This document shows positions 1 to 10,626 of a DNA stretch of 64,000 nucleotides, one piece after another. Both the position numbers and the translations under genes were made by a program. The DNA comes from a virus, in the IMG/VR virus record IMGVR_UViG_3300010885_057925, positions 32,001 to 96,000 of that record; one strand, 5' to 3'. Numbering within the stretch: the first letter of the stretch is position 1; every line of letters starts with the position of its first letter. Below the pieces are notes generated by a model. That model was given only the letters and a program-made list of their open reading frames with translations, was not told the DNA's origin and ran no database searches.

Positions 1-2658
1 CGTCTTTTCCCTCTGTTCTTTAGAGACACCACCCGGAGCAGCTGCCTGCTGGTTGAACTCCGATGTCGGAATTCTGACGACGCTGAGCTGGTCGTCGCGC
101 GTTGCAGCAAGTATCTCTCCAAGAGTAGAGAACGGATCTTGGGCTGCATCGTAGATATGCAGCTTTATCATTGTCTTCTCGGAGATTTCGTTGTTTTCAC
201 CGTCCAAAAGTGGACAAGCTTCGACCTCTATCTGTATATTGGGCTGCACGAACCTTCCAGTTGTGATGCCTACGCTTTCCAGACGTTTTTCACGCGTAGT
301 TTCGTAATTCGGTTCGATTTTGTAGCCGTTCTTCTTAATAGCGGTCAGGTTAGACTTCACACCCGTCAATTCGTTTATCTGGGTTTCAATCGTTGACGCT
401 CTACCAGGGTCTTTCTCTGCTTCGCGCGCTTCGGTCAACTTGACTATTTTCGCGTCTATTTTCGCGATGTTTTCGTCAACAGCTGAGGTGTTGAGAGACA
501 CTGAGAGCTTCTCAAGCTCCGCTTCACCCTTTTGAGCTTTTGCAGAGTTGTAGAAGTTAGACATCAGGTAAGCGCGATCGGCTGGGAAGCTGACGAATCT
601 GTCGTTGATTATCGCGATCACGTCCCTTAGGGAAAGATCCTGAACCTTGCCCGCAGAAGTGGCAATAGCCGTGTTGAAAAGATTCGATTCGATCGGAAAA
701 CAGCTCACGGGTAGCGAGTTAACAGCGCCCGCGTATCTGTTGAATGGGTAGAATATCAGCTGAATCTCATCATAAAGCTGAGATTTTGCGAGTTGAGCCG
801 CCACGATGTTACTGAATATAGCTCCCAGTGATATGAAGTCTGAGGGCTCCTTAGTGTCTGTTATAACCTTGGCGTAATCATCGACCGTGAGCTTGTTATT
901 CATGTCGCTAAGACCAGCGTCACGGGCAGATTGAGACTCTGTAAAGAGTGCCCCGGGGTAGTAGTTACCGCTTCCCAGGGAGGCGTTCATGCTGGCAAAG
1001 CGTGCAGGTACCATGTTAGCAGCGAAAGGATCAACGTCCATCTTGGGAATATCCGATATGATCTTCGAATACTCTTGCTTTGTCGAAGCTTTGTACCTGG
1101 CGACGAGGCTGTCCTGACCGACTTCGTACAAGTTGTTCTCGCCTTTGCGCTCAACCTTTCCGTAGGCGGTCGCGAGAATAGCTCGTGCGGATGCTGGAAC
1201 TGCGTTAGATGCCAACGCTTCTGAAATCTGCTTCAGGATACCCTGATCGTCGGCAGCAGACAGAATAGAGTTCGGGTCGGTAAACTGAGTTATAGTGTCA
1301 ATCTTCGAGAGCGAAGGCGTTTTCGGCAGCCTCTGGTACTCCTGCAGGATATCGGAGAGCTGCCTTGCTAATCTTTCCAGTTGATTGTAAATTGAGACGT
1401 TGCCGCGCATGCGAAGGAACAGGAGATCCGTACTTCCCACGGTGGCCAAGCTCAGGCTCACTTTAACCTGACCGACCTCGTCGAAAGTGTAAGATGAGTT
1501 GATGATTCTGTATCGTTGCTTCACCTTGAGCGCGTCGAGCAACGTCCCGTAAGCATTGCTAGATGCTATCCCACCATCGATATGCGACCACCCGTACGTG
1601 ATGTCCATGAATGTCAAACCGTACAGGTCAGGTCGCACAAAGTCGACAAAATCACGTAGTCTAGAACGATCGTGTATCACGATCTCGAGACGCGCGGTCG
1701 CGAAAGAAAGTCCGCCGCCGGCCGGCCTAAGCTTGTTGGAGACCTGAAGTTGACCCAAGCTCATCGGTGGCCTGAAGCGATCGATCACAGGAACATCTTC
1801 TTTGCCTCTCGTCGCTGCGTCCATGTTGGTAAGCGTCGCAGGAGATGTGAACATCTCCATGCTGGACTTCGCGCCGATCAGCGGGACGCCGCCCTGCTTA
1901 ATCGCGCCGGCTTCGGTGACGACTTTGGTGTTTTGAGCGGACAAGATGCCTCGATCCACGTCGCTAGGCTGGCCTGGGTTTAAGAACTTTACGAGAGTTA
2001 TTCCTTCCCCTAGACTCTTCTCGTCGGGGGCCAGCGCGCTCCTGGGAGTGATAACGTCTATATCAACGTATGGGACACACTTGCTGAACTCGATGTTTGG
2101 TATACCGTTCAGAAAGATCTGTAGAGCTCCGACATCGCGAGTCGCAGGGCCCAGATAGGGATTCTCAACGTTGACAGCGTAGAGGTTGGGGCGTGCCTTT
2201 GTCGGGTTTGACATCAGCGTATTCGGCTGCTTCTTTCCCGGGAATAGCTTCGGCGGTATTATCGGTCCGCTGACGAAAATGTCTTTTGCTGGAGCCGGTA
2301 TGTCATCATTTACGCCGTAAATTTTCACCTGCTGCAGTCTTCGTTGATCAGTGGGAACATTTCCCTCTGCCGTTAACGAGCTCACCTTTTGGTTGAAGTA
2401 GAAAACTCCACGACTTCCGAAGATGAGTTCAGCCAGCTCGTCCTCGAATGAAATTCCAACCGAGACATCGGTGTTTCCCGCGTCTATAGCTCTTTGATAG
2501 TCTGCAGATCTTTGTGACTCGCTCTTGCCTGTGAGGATCGTCGACGCCTGCTCAGATGCGATTAAGCGTGACTTGGCAATGTACTCTGACGTCGTTGTCG
2601 CCCCGAAATACATCGAAAGCTTTCTGACAGCCTGGGTTATCAGCGGGCTACGAGGCAT
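1..2658 (-). CDS. Large tail-tip/baseplate hub-like protein, 3' end truncated by the window edge (>886 aa)
   Basis: Not in the ORF track, consistent with no stop inside the window. ATG at 2658-2656 overlaps the TAA of the upstream gene (TAATG) and reads MPRSPLITQAVRKLSMYFG..., and the frame is open where spot-checked, including codons at 1-60. It sits after the tube-initiator and LysM-like genes, the usual hub position. Confidence 0.65.
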   Translation of the reverse strand, partial: MPRSPLITQAVRKLSMYFGATTTSEYIAKSRLIASEQASTILTGKSESQRSADYQRAIDAGNTDVSVGISFEDELAELIFGSRGVFYFNQKVSSLTAEGNVPTDQRRLQQVKIYGVNDDIPAPAKDIFVSGPIIPPKLFPGKKQPNTLMSNPTKARPNLYAVNVENPYLGPATRDVGALQIFLNGIPNIEFSKCVPYVDIDVITPRSALAPDEKSLGEGITLVKFLNPGQPSDVDRGILSAQNTKVVTEAGAIKQGGVPLIGAKSSMEMFTSPATLTNMDAATRGKEDVPVIDRFRPPMSLGQLQVSNKLRPAGGGLSFATARLEIVIHDRSRLRDFVDFVRPDLYGLTFMDITYGWSHIDGGIASSNAYGTLLDALKVKQRYRIINSSYTFDEVGQVKVSLSLATVGSTDLLFLRMRGNVSIYNQLERLARQLSDILQEYQRLPKTPSLSKIDTITQFTDPNSILSAADDQGILKQISEALASNAVPASARAILATAYGKVERKGENNLYEVGQDSLVARYKASTKQEYSKIISDIPKMDVDPFAANMVPARFASMNASLGSGNYYPGALFTESQSARDAGLSDMNNKLTVDDYAKVITDTKEPSDFISLGAIFSNIVAAQLAKSQLYDEIQLIFYPFNRYAGAVNSLPVSCFPIESNLFNTAIATSAGKVQDLSLRDVIAIINDRFVSFPADRAYLMSNFYNSAKAQKGEAELEKLSVSLNTSAVDENIAKIDAKIVKLTEAREAEKDPGRASTIETQINELTGVKSNLTAIKKNGYKIEPNYETTREKRLESVGITTGRFVQPNIQIEVEACPLLDGENNEISEKTMIKLHIYDAAQDPFSTLGEILAATRDDQLSVVRIPTSEFNQQAAAPGGVSKEQREKT

Positions 2659-2951
2659 TAGAGAAGCCTCATAACGGCACCGATGTCAATCGGTACCAGA
2701 ACTCTAGTTCCCGGTGGCGATTGCAGCCACCACCCGATCCCGCTGGCAGCGGCAATAACCCACCACAATTTACCATCACCGTAAGAGTCGAAAGCTATCT
2801 GATCGAGACGCTGACCCTCGACCAGGACGAATTCGTTGCAGAGTAAGCCACCAGCGCTCGCTGCCTCTTTTATACGTCTAGCCGCGGCCGGGGTCGCCAA
2901 GCGACGTTGGGTATCCAGTATGGGGGTTCTAGAATATCTGCTGGTTGACAT
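2658..2951 (-). CDS. LysM-like baseplate protein (gp53/tail X-like)
   Basis: Motif EGQRLDQIAFDSYGDGKLWWVIAAASGI...PPGTRVLVP is typical of LysM-like baseplate wedge proteins, and it lies downstream of the tape measure. Confidence 0.8.
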   Translation of the reverse strand: MSTSRYSRTPILDTQRRLATPAAARRIKEAASAGGLLCNEFVLVEGQRLDQIAFDSYGDGKLWWVIAAASGIGWWLQSPPGTRVLVPIDIGAVMRLL

Positions 2952-5900
2952 CAGGCCCTTGTCTTAGGTACATTATTGTATTCATAGTGAGCCACTTGAT
3001 TACTGCGAGTTCCACGACCGTATGGGCTCTCCTCGCCGCCCTCCGTGATCTTGGTGATTGTCTCCCCGACCGGGTATATCGGGGCGCGGTTGAACCCTTC
3101 GTGGTCGAGGCCCGGGGCGATGTCGTGCATGACATCAAACTGCATATCGACGGTGCAGTAGCGTGGAGCTCGATTTCCTGGACCGTCATCACCAGCCCCC
3201 CAGGGCGCGTCCATCCACCCGAATTTGAGTGAGGTGCAGACGGCGGGTAGACCCTTGCCCATCGTCGATTCGAATGATCGAATGATAGCGTTGTTGTCAA
3301 CGTGGTAGAACGTATCTTTGTCCATGGCAGGACCAGAAGTGATTGATCCGCTGCTCACAAGAAACGGCTCCGGTTCTGTTCTGTTGACAAAGACAGCGTC
3401 CGTCGTTTCAACAGAAGTTTTTACAGCACCAGTAAATTCTGCAGGCCAAGCGCCATATTTTTTCCCGCTGACGTTGAATTGATAATAGTACTTGCCCTTT
3501 TCTTCAGCTTTTGTTTTAACTAATTTAGTCCCAGCGGGAACTTCCAATTTAACTACTTTTCCGCCGGGAGGATTGGCACTGATTGTTAGTTTTCTCGTTG
3601 TGGTGGTCGGACCAGCTTTCTTGCTCGCAGCTCTCAGAGTATCTTGAATTACGTTTCCGTTATCGTCTTTAACTTCACGTTGTCTTGTCCCGTATACATC
3701 GTCAGTCACCGTAGTGTACTGCAGGTTCGAATTTTCTTTTTGCTTGCTCGATATATCGGGGTCGGTGAACCCGAAGAGTCTTTTCAGGTTGAAACGTGAG
3801 TAGTTCGAACGGATCAGGTCACCAACGCGAACCCTTATGACTGGCGTCGCTGTCGGAATCTGGGAGAATGGCTGGATAAACGGAAACTTCGTCTGGTTCC
3901 CGCCCGCATTGTTCGTTCCTTGAACTATCTCAAGCTGACGACCCTTCGACCACTGCGGGTAGACCATCGTGGTCAGCTTATTGATCTGCCACCACATGTG
4001 ATCGAAATCGTCTGGGTTCGCGGCGAATAGGTGGAATTTAACGCTGAGCGATCGTTTCGTTCCCTTATAGATCTTCGCGTCCTCGATACGACCGTAGCCA
4101 GAGATAGATGAGTACTCAGCCTGAAATCCGTCCGAAACATCGTCCAGAAATGCGTTAAACGAGATGATCTCGTTCGTGCGAAGATCCTGGAAGTAGAAAG
4201 GCATGTACTCGGCGTCGAGGAGCTGCTCGATCTTACCGACTTGCTCCGGAGTGAAACGATTTTTTCCTTTCGGCGAGTCACCGAAGAGAAGATTAGTTTT
4301 AAACTGCGATGTTTCTAAAGCTTCGTTAATTCTTTTCTTATATTGCGCTGGCAACAGTCGCAGAGCAGGTATATTGTATCCATCGATAGAGGTTATTTTT
4401 GAACCCTCGGCTATTTTCGGTGATCTTATTCTGCCTGCAGCACGGGCGACTTCGGACCTAAAATCCTCGATCTCATTAATGTTGTACTCTCTCGATGCAT
4501 CGTATCGAAGATAAATCATATCGCCCGATTTGGCAAAAACCTCAACGATGTCGACGATGCCAGCGGAGAATATCGATTCTACGACACCTGAAGTTGCGAA
4601 ACTGATCACGTCCGGTGTCGACCTGACCTCAGCTGCTATCGAGTTGATGTTCTTTGATATGTTTCTGAAGATCGTCTCGTAATAACCTCGTTCCTGCTTT
4701 AGGGCAGCAAGTTCTAGCGTTCTTGCTGCTAGACCCAGGGAAATCTCGAGAAAAGAGAAAGCTTTATTTTGATCAGGTGAAGAGTCAGGATTGACGCCCA
4801 TGAAAGCCGAGAATCCGAGCATCGCGCATTCGAAGTACCCACGCCCAGACACTGGCCTGTAGAACTCTGGCGCCCCGGCGCTTTTGACGAGATTCGAAGC
4901 GAAAGACATCAGGCGATCGAACCCAGCAGAATCTCCAGCAGACGAGGGTTTAGTCCCGTACTTTCCTAGGATAAGAGAGTCATTTTCTGAACCCAGAATG
5001 CTATCGTGGGCACCGATGACCGGCGGTGGAGCACCATCGGCGCCAAAAAGATTCTGAGCTCCAACGATCACCGCGGCGACCGCGGCGATGGAAGCGTAGA
5101 TTGCGATTGAAGTGATCGCGAATGTCGAGATGTTCGATTGCGGAGCTGTGAAAGGCTCGAGCGGGCTGTACGCCACACCGGATGATTTACGGGCGTACCT
5201 ATCTTCTCCGATTCCGTCCGTGGTGATCACGGCGTCAGTTGAGCCCGGGTCGCCCGACATGCGGCGCGTTGTCGAGTTCATGTCGCGTAGAGGGACGTAC
5301 TTCGCGGGACGCAGATCATCAACGTCAACTCGTGATATTCCGGATTGAACTGTCGAAGGCTCAATGCCTGCTCTAAGCGGATTATTCTCATACTGCGCCG
5401 GATCGCCGTGTCCCTTGTTCTTTCCAGTGGCGGCAAGAAGCATGTCAAGGGTCGAGTTTCTGATGTCCTCGATTGATATTCTCTCCGCTCTTGGATCGTA
5501 GGAGCTGCTGAGACCCTCCTCGCCCAAAGTATCCGAAACTGTCGCTCTCGATGATGCAGTTGTCGTGTCCTGATCTGGGAAGTTCGGACGGGCCGGAGAG
5601 GCCGCGTTGCTGCTGTCGACGATCTCGGCGCCCGCTTGGGCTACCGCAGGTCGGTTGAGCATGTAGTGACCGAGCGTGCTCGGTCTTGTGGTCGGATTGT
5701 TGCTCTCTCCGAGTGTGCCCTTATCTACAAGATCGTTGAGGTCACCGCTCCGCCGACCGTCGAACTTGCCCGAGTTTGAGTACTCGAACGTATCGGCGAT
5801 ACGCTCTCCGATCAGATCGGTGAAACCCTTGGTCCTGCTCTCGCCTTCGGCAACAGGAAACGTGTTGGATCGCTCCGGGATCGAGCCTGCAAACTCGACG

Positions 5901-6061
5901 ACCTCATCTCTCGGAGCACGACCACGAGTGATCGAGGCAAGATACGAGCCGAGGGTTCTCTTCTGGTCGCGTGAGACGTCATTCTCGCCGGGAACGACGT
6001 AACCATCGCCATCGGCGTCCTCGAGCTTGGGGTAAGGAGGGTCAAATCGTGTCGTTGACAT
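2951..6061 (-). CDS. Baseplate/tail-tube initiator-like protein (1036 aa) with long N-terminal extension
   Basis: The C-terminal half has a tube-like baseplate signature (PFYFQDLRTNEIISFNAFLDDVSDGF...GYGRIEDAKIYKGTKRSLSVKF...P-VIRVRVGDLI...PRYCTVDMQF). Gene order is tape measure > this gene > LysM. Confidence 0.6.
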   Translation of the reverse strand: MSTTRFDPPYPKLEDADGDGYVVPGENDVSRDQKRTLGSYLASITRGRAPRDEVVEFAGSIPERSNTFPVAEGESRTKGFTDLIGERIADTFEYSNSGKFDGRRSGDLNDLVDKGTLGESNNPTTRPSTLGHYMLNRPAVAQAGAEIVDSSNAASPARPNFPDQDTTTASSRATVSDTLGEEGLSSSYDPRAERISIEDIRNSTLDMLLAATGKNKGHGDPAQYENNPLRAGIEPSTVQSGISRVDVDDLRPAKYVPLRDMNSTTRRMSGDPGSTDAVITTDGIGEDRYARKSSGVAYSPLEPFTAPQSNISTFAITSIAIYASIAAVAAVIVGAQNLFGADGAPPPVIGAHDSILGSENDSLILGKYGTKPSSAGDSAGFDRLMSFASNLVKSAGAPEFYRPVSGRGYFECAMLGFSAFMGVNPDSSPDQNKAFSFLEISLGLAARTLELAALKQERGYYETIFRNISKNINSIAAEVRSTPDVISFATSGVVESIFSAGIVDIVEVFAKSGDMIYLRYDASREYNINEIEDFRSEVARAAGRIRSPKIAEGSKITSIDGYNIPALRLLPAQYKKRINEALETSQFKTNLLFGDSPKGKNRFTPEQVGKIEQLLDAEYMPFYFQDLRTNEIISFNAFLDDVSDGFQAEYSSISGYGRIEDAKIYKGTKRSLSVKFHLFAANPDDFDHMWWQINKLTTMVYPQWSKGRQLEIVQGTNNAGGNQTKFPFIQPFSQIPTATPVIRVRVGDLIRSNYSRFNLKRLFGFTDPDISSKQKENSNLQYTTVTDDVYGTRQREVKDDNGNVIQDTLRAASKKAGPTTTTRKLTISANPPGGKVVKLEVPAGTKLVKTKAEEKGKYYYQFNVSGKKYGAWPAEFTGAVKTSVETTDAVFVNRTEPEPFLVSSGSITSGPAMDKDTFYHVDNNAIIRSFESTMGKGLPAVCTSLKFGWMDAPWGAGDDGPGNRAPRYCTVDMQFDVMHDIAPGLDHEGFNRAPIYPVGETITKITEGGEESPYGRGTRSNQVAHYEYNNVPKTRA

Positions 6062-6312
6062 CAGAATCTCCTAGGAGCTCGCTTTGTAGGTGTAGAACCG
6101 TCGTCGTCTATTGATTTCACCGTTTCTTCGCTTGACATTGCTCTTGATAGCTCTGTCAAAGTCCCACCGGGAAGCGCGGAGGTGACAGTGTTATAGTGCT
6201 GCAGGATCGAGGTGAGTTGCTCCTCCACGAGATATCTCTCGTTCTCAGGTACCTGCTCCATCATTGACCTGTAGAACGGGCTTGACTTTATCATGTCGCT
6301 GAAGTTTGTCAT
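6061..6312 (-). CDS. Hypothetical protein (83 aa)
   Basis: Fills the gap between the tape measure and the next gene, with a TGATG stop/start overlap at 6061. Confidence 0.65.
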   Translation of the reverse strand: MTNFSDMIKSSPFYRSMMEQVPENERYLVEEQLTSILQHYNTVTSALPGGTLTELSRAMSSEETVKSIDDDGSTPTKRAPRRF

Positions 6313-6315
6313 CTA

Positions 6316-9300
6316 TTATTTCCTGAACTCGCCTGTTTCTGCGCTTCTGCTGGAGCGAACGAGTGACTTGTTGGATTCGATGAACTTCTCCGTGCTGAAG
6401 AAGTCGTCGACGCCGTCTGTAGTTGTGAGGAACTTCTCAAACTGCTCCGTCGGCGCGATGTAACCGCTCATGACGAGCTCCTCGCTCATCTTCTGCGCGT
6501 TCATATTAACCGTCATCGCAACCTTAACGACCACCGCGCCACCGTTAACGCTCATCGTTGTCTTCGCGACATTCATGTTCTCCGACATAGCGTCGAGGGT
6601 CGCATCGAGCGGGATGGTGTCGAGGTTCTCCATGATCTCACGGATTGAGGTGATGTGACCCGTGACGGCCTTGAGTCGATCAGTGAACTGATCGAGCTTG
6701 TAACCCGCGAGCCTCTCGCTGATGCTCTCGGCACGATCAAGATAGGAATCCAAGGGATCGAAGACACCATCGAAGCTGAGATTTGAGCCTACGCTCTCGT
6801 AAGCTAATAGCGATAGAGCGCCCATTCCGTTGGGATTTATAGCAGCATCCTGGAAGAGCCAAGACAGCTCGGCGATGGGACCTCCCTCTTCGCCCAGGGC
6901 TTTCATCGATCTCGCGGCGCGTCTCTGATCGCCGACCGTCATTCCCGAAAGCTTCTGGACCAGCTCGGAAACTTTCTCTATCACGCTGGTCATGCTCAGC
7001 ATCGAGTCAACTTTCTGCTGCATTGAGGCCGCGTCCACGTTTGGAACACCTCTTAGTATATCCTGAATCGATTTTTGAGTTCCGTCTTTGGTCCCAACAG
7101 CTGAGAACAATTGCATCGCGCTCGCCATCGCAAACTTCATCTTCGTGATACTTTCACTTGTTATATTGGTACCGCCGATGTTCTTTGCGATGTCAGAGAT
7201 TGCAGAGATTACTTTTGAAATTGAGCCCAACGCGTTCGCTTTCGCTTCGAGGCCCGTCGCATCGAAATTTGGTATGATCTGCAAGTATGACTGTATACCG
7301 TGGAGCTGACCACTTGAGGAAACTGAGTATCTAAAGAGATCGACAAAATGCGAGACTACGGCCTTAACCCGTCCGATTCTATCTCCCATTTTTCCGTCTC
7401 CGAACGCATCGAATGATTTCATCGCGTTTCCGATCGATACGACGGCTTTTCCAAGAGATTCAACGACCTGGCTCAAGGCTGTGATGCTTCCGATCTTTCC
7501 TGCCATTGAAGACCCGACTGCAGCTGCGCTATTAATCGCCGTCTTAAAATCGTTACCACCCATTATGTCAACGATTCCGATGATAAGAGCTCTCATCGAT
7601 GTTAGCAGTGACTTGATGGTTGATGTTCCTTCTGTCTCGCCCTCTTCCTTCTTGCCACCAGGGAGGAACGACTTGATCGCCGCGAGAGCACCAGCGCCTG
7701 CAAGCACCACACCGACAGCGCTGGCTGGCATCTTGGATATCGCGAATCCGATGGCTGCGATAATCCCACCGACTGCCAGCATTATCGCGCCGAGAGTGCC
7801 TCCAAGCACGAGAAGTCCCGTTACACTCACACCGCTTAGCTTATTCGCTGCCTCTCCGATGTAATCGATGAAGCTTTTACCGTCCTCACCCGGTTTTATG
7901 AAGGATTCTATCGCGTCCTTTACGGCAGCCGATATCGTCTTAATTCCATACGCGATCGCGGCGTACGTTGCGGCGGATCCCATCGCCTTGACTATCGTGC
8001 CTAGACCCTCCATCATACCACGGCTACGTTCGGCCAGCGCTGTCAGCGCTCCTGCGACGCCCGTACCTGTTCCCCCACCGGTGCCCGGTGAACCGACCGA
8101 CTCAGTAGCTGCCCTCACATCTGAAGCTGTGTTGGAGAGCTCAGCTGGAACGGCAGAACCACCCGTGAATATGTTCTTGATGAACTCGATCAGGTTTCCA
8201 GCGAATCCGCTGACCATCGAAAAGATCGGACCGCCTGCGACGAACAGCCCACCCAGTGCCGTCGCGATCGGATACTCTTTGAACATACGGATCAACATGT
8301 CCATGAGCGCGTCACCGAATTCAACGATGAGAGGCATCAGCGTCGGCAGTTGGTCTTTCAGAGTGTTGAAGACATCGATGATTGCAGTGAGGAGCTCTCC
8401 CAGGATGCTTCCGCTCGTCTTCGGACCAGGCTGGAAGGCGCTCTTCATCGCGTCTATCATCGATTGCAGGCCAGTCTTGATCATGGGCACGAGGCTCTTG
8501 ATGATGGACGGTAGTGCCTTAAAGACTTCGGTGAATATCTTCCCGATAACAGAGAGCATCGTCGAGATTATTCCAGAGAGAGTTGATCCCGAGCCTGACA
8601 GCAGGTTCATCAGGCCGCCCTTGCCGTCCTCGCCCAGTATGAAGTGCTCGATCGCTTGTCCCAGCGTCTTTCCAGCCGTGAGATCGCCCGCAAAGATCTT
8701 GGCTAAATTCGAAAACCCCTTTGAAAAGTCGCTGATCAGCTTGATAAAGCCGCTGATTCCATCTCCCATCTCAGAATTCATGAATATCGATCCGATCATT
8801 CTACCGACGTCGACCCCGATGTGGAAAACCTCTCCAAGAGCGATTGCCAGATCAGTGATTATCGGCATGAGCGACGTTCCGAAGCCGCGCATGAAACCCT
8901 TCATAAACGCATCAAGGAACCCCATGAAGGGTTCCATCCTGACGATCACGTTCTCGATATTGTCAGCAAGCTCCGATATGATCTGCTGCTGTGACTTCTG
9001 CTGCTTGGCAGCGGCATCAGCTTTCCCAGAGACCTGATCATAGCTGAGACCCATGCCCTTTGACGAGAACGCTAACATCGCCTGTTGCTCATCGAGACCC
9101 GCAGAATCAGCGAGCAGCTTACGCTCGGCCCTGCTCATCGCTTCGATCGAGCGACCTGTCGCAGCGAACGCTTTCCTCATCTCGTCGAGTCGCTTCGCGG
9201 GATCCTGCTCACGCATCATCTTCAGTGGGTCGATGACGAGACCGAAGCCCTGGGCGAGCTGGGCTGCTGCCTCCGCGCCCTGCTCGAAATCGTCGAACTT

Positions 9301-10275
9301 GCCCGCTAAGTTTGCAAGCTCGTTGAGCTCGATACCGAGCTTACGGGTGAACGCAGCTGATATGATCGTCTGCTTGACGTAATCACCCGTTGTCTTACCA
9401 AGCACCTGGAAGTTTGTGATCGCAGCGGCAACGTCCTTGCCGAGAAGCTTGGTTGAGATTCCTAAAGACCTTCCGATCTTGTTGACATTGTTGAGGATGC
9501 CTTGGCTGAAATCCTTCAGGCTGAGAGACGACATCCTCGAGAGGACACCAACTTTCTTGAGCTGCTCACCGCTGAACCCGAGCGATTTGTTGAGCATGTA
9601 CGTCTGGGCAGTAGCCTGGCTGAAATCCTCTCCCAGGACATCGAACACTGCCCCAAGATCACCGGCGTATTCCTTCATCAGCTCGAGGCGCTCTATTGTT
9701 CCTTCAATCCCTGGTGCGAACTTGGAGCCGAAGTAATAAGCTCCATCAGCCGAATCTCTCAGCTGGCCATCGAAATCCCCTAGAGCGCGTTTGACTCTGC
9801 CCGATGTGTTCTCTGCAAAGCTTCCGAACGCTTCTCGAACTTTCTCAAAAGCGTCGCGAAGATTGTACATAGATTCGATCAGCTTGTTAGCCATCTCAAG
9901 CGCGCCTTCGTACGCCGTGCCGAGAAATCCGAGGATCGAAGTCATGGGAGTAGTGATAGCCGTGAACAGGGAGCTCACGTTCGTCTTGAGCAGCTCCCAC
10001 GAGTTCGACAGCATGTCGGTGATGCTAAGACCACGAGACATCGTGTCAAAGGCTCCCGAGGCGGCAGTAGCAGCGGCGTCTGCAGCGGCAGCGAAATCAT
10101 TTGTCGCGTTGCCTGCATCGCGCATGGAACCAGCGGCGATGCCGCCGGCCTCCTTGATCTCGCGGAGTATCTGGAGCTGCTCACCCATCGCGATAGTCAT
10201 ATCACGGGTGTTAGCAGCGTTCTCAGCGAGGAGACGCCGCATCTGCTCCATAAGCTCTATCTGTGCTGGATCCAT
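6316..10275 (-). CDS. Tail tape measure protein (1319 aa)
   Basis: Long Ala/Gly/Met-rich helical protein with hydrophobic segments (LLVLGGTLGAIMLAVGGIIAAIGFAIS), located downstream of tube and chaperone. Confidence 0.85.
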   Translation of the reverse strand: MDPAQIELMEQMRRLLAENAANTRDMTIAMGEQLQILREIKEAGGIAAGSMRDAGNATNDFAAAADAAATAASGAFDTMSRGLSITDMLSNSWELLKTNVSSLFTAITTPMTSILGFLGTAYEGALEMANKLIESMYNLRDAFEKVREAFGSFAENTSGRVKRALGDFDGQLRDSADGAYYFGSKFAPGIEGTIERLELMKEYAGDLGAVFDVLGEDFSQATAQTYMLNKSLGFSGEQLKKVGVLSRMSSLSLKDFSQGILNNVNKIGRSLGISTKLLGKDVAAAITNFQVLGKTTGDYVKQTIISAAFTRKLGIELNELANLAGKFDDFEQGAEAAAQLAQGFGLVIDPLKMMREQDPAKRLDEMRKAFAATGRSIEAMSRAERKLLADSAGLDEQQAMLAFSSKGMGLSYDQVSGKADAAAKQQKSQQQIISELADNIENVIVRMEPFMGFLDAFMKGFMRGFGTSLMPIITDLAIALGEVFHIGVDVGRMIGSIFMNSEMGDGISGFIKLISDFSKGFSNLAKIFAGDLTAGKTLGQAIEHFILGEDGKGGLMNLLSGSGSTLSGIISTMLSVIGKIFTEVFKALPSIIKSLVPMIKTGLQSMIDAMKSAFQPGPKTSGSILGELLTAIIDVFNTLKDQLPTLMPLIVEFGDALMDMLIRMFKEYPIATALGGLFVAGGPIFSMVSGFAGNLIEFIKNIFTGGSAVPAELSNTASDVRAATESVGSPGTGGGTGTGVAGALTALAERSRGMMEGLGTIVKAMGSAATYAAIAYGIKTISAAVKDAIESFIKPGEDGKSFIDYIGEAANKLSGVSVTGLLVLGGTLGAIMLAVGGIIAAIGFAISKMPASAVGVVLAGAGALAAIKSFLPGGKKEEGETEGTSTIKSLLTSMRALIIGIVDIMGGNDFKTAINSAAAVGSSMAGKIGSITALSQVVESLGKAVVSIGNAMKSFDAFGDGKMGDRIGRVKAVVSHFVDLFRYSVSSSGQLHGIQSYLQIIPNFDATGLEAKANALGSISKVISAISDIAKNIGGTNITSESITKMKFAMASAMQLFSAVGTKDGTQKSIQDILRGVPNVDAASMQQKVDSMLSMTSVIEKVSELVQKLSGMTVGDQRRAARSMKALGEEGGPIAELSWLFQDAAINPNGMGALSLLAYESVGSNLSFDGVFDPLDSYLDRAESISERLAGYKLDQFTDRLKAVTGHITSIREIMENLDTIPLDATLDAMSENMNVAKTTMSVNGGAVVVKVAMTVNMNAQKMSEELVMSGYIAPTEQFEKFLTTTDGVDDFFSTEKFIESNKSLVRSSRSAETGEFRK

Positions 10276-10303
10276 CTAGTACAGAACCTAACCTTTCTGA
10301 GCT

Positions 10304-10310
10304 TAACTAT
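10304..10310 (-). promoter_or_regulatory. Putative late promoter ATANNTA (ATAGTTA) upstream of tape measure
   Basis: Member of a motif recurring in intergenic gaps; 28 nt before the start. Confidence 0.5.
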
Positions 10311-10325
10311 GCCCGGAGCAAAAAA

Positions 10326-10601
10326 TCAGAGCTTCCACACAACGCCAGTAGCTTTCCAAAAATCCTCGGCTGCCGATCTTTTTTCCTCAGCGAGCTCAAT
10401 TGCTTTGACGACTGTGGTGTCACGTTCGCCCAGGGCCTCGTACAAGGCCCTTGAGGTCTCGATCGCTCGCTTTGTGGCGTCAACTTGTGCTGGATCGCCC
10501 GAAAGCTTCGGAAACTTTTTATTCTCTCCCAGGATGTACTTGGCCGATTCGATGAAAAGCTCGGCAACAATTTGCTTGTCGCCCTTTGTCTTTTTGCTCA
10601 T
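10326..10601 (-). CDS. Hypothetical protein (91 aa)
   Basis: GGAGAG Shine-Dalgarno and ATG, preceded by an ATATTTA motif, fills the gap. Confidence 0.7.
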   Translation of the reverse strand: MSKKTKGDKQIVAELFIESAKYILGENKKFPKLSGDPAQVDATKRAIETSRALYEALGERDTTVVKAIELAEEKRSAAEDFWKATGVVWKL

Positions 10602-10619
10602 TAGAACACTCTCCGGGAT

Positions 10620-10626
10620 TAAATAT
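10620..10626 (-). promoter_or_regulatory. Putative late promoter ATANNTA (ATATTTA)
   Basis: 18 nt upstream of the 10601 start. Confidence 0.5.

Noticed and set aside
7481-10279. Long plus-strand ORFs (e.g. 389 aa at 7868-9037) opposite the tape measure, and similar ones opposite sheath, capsid and scaffold
   Set aside because: Shadow ORFs caused by codon bias of the minus-strand genes; no recognisable motifs, and they fully overlap clear genes.
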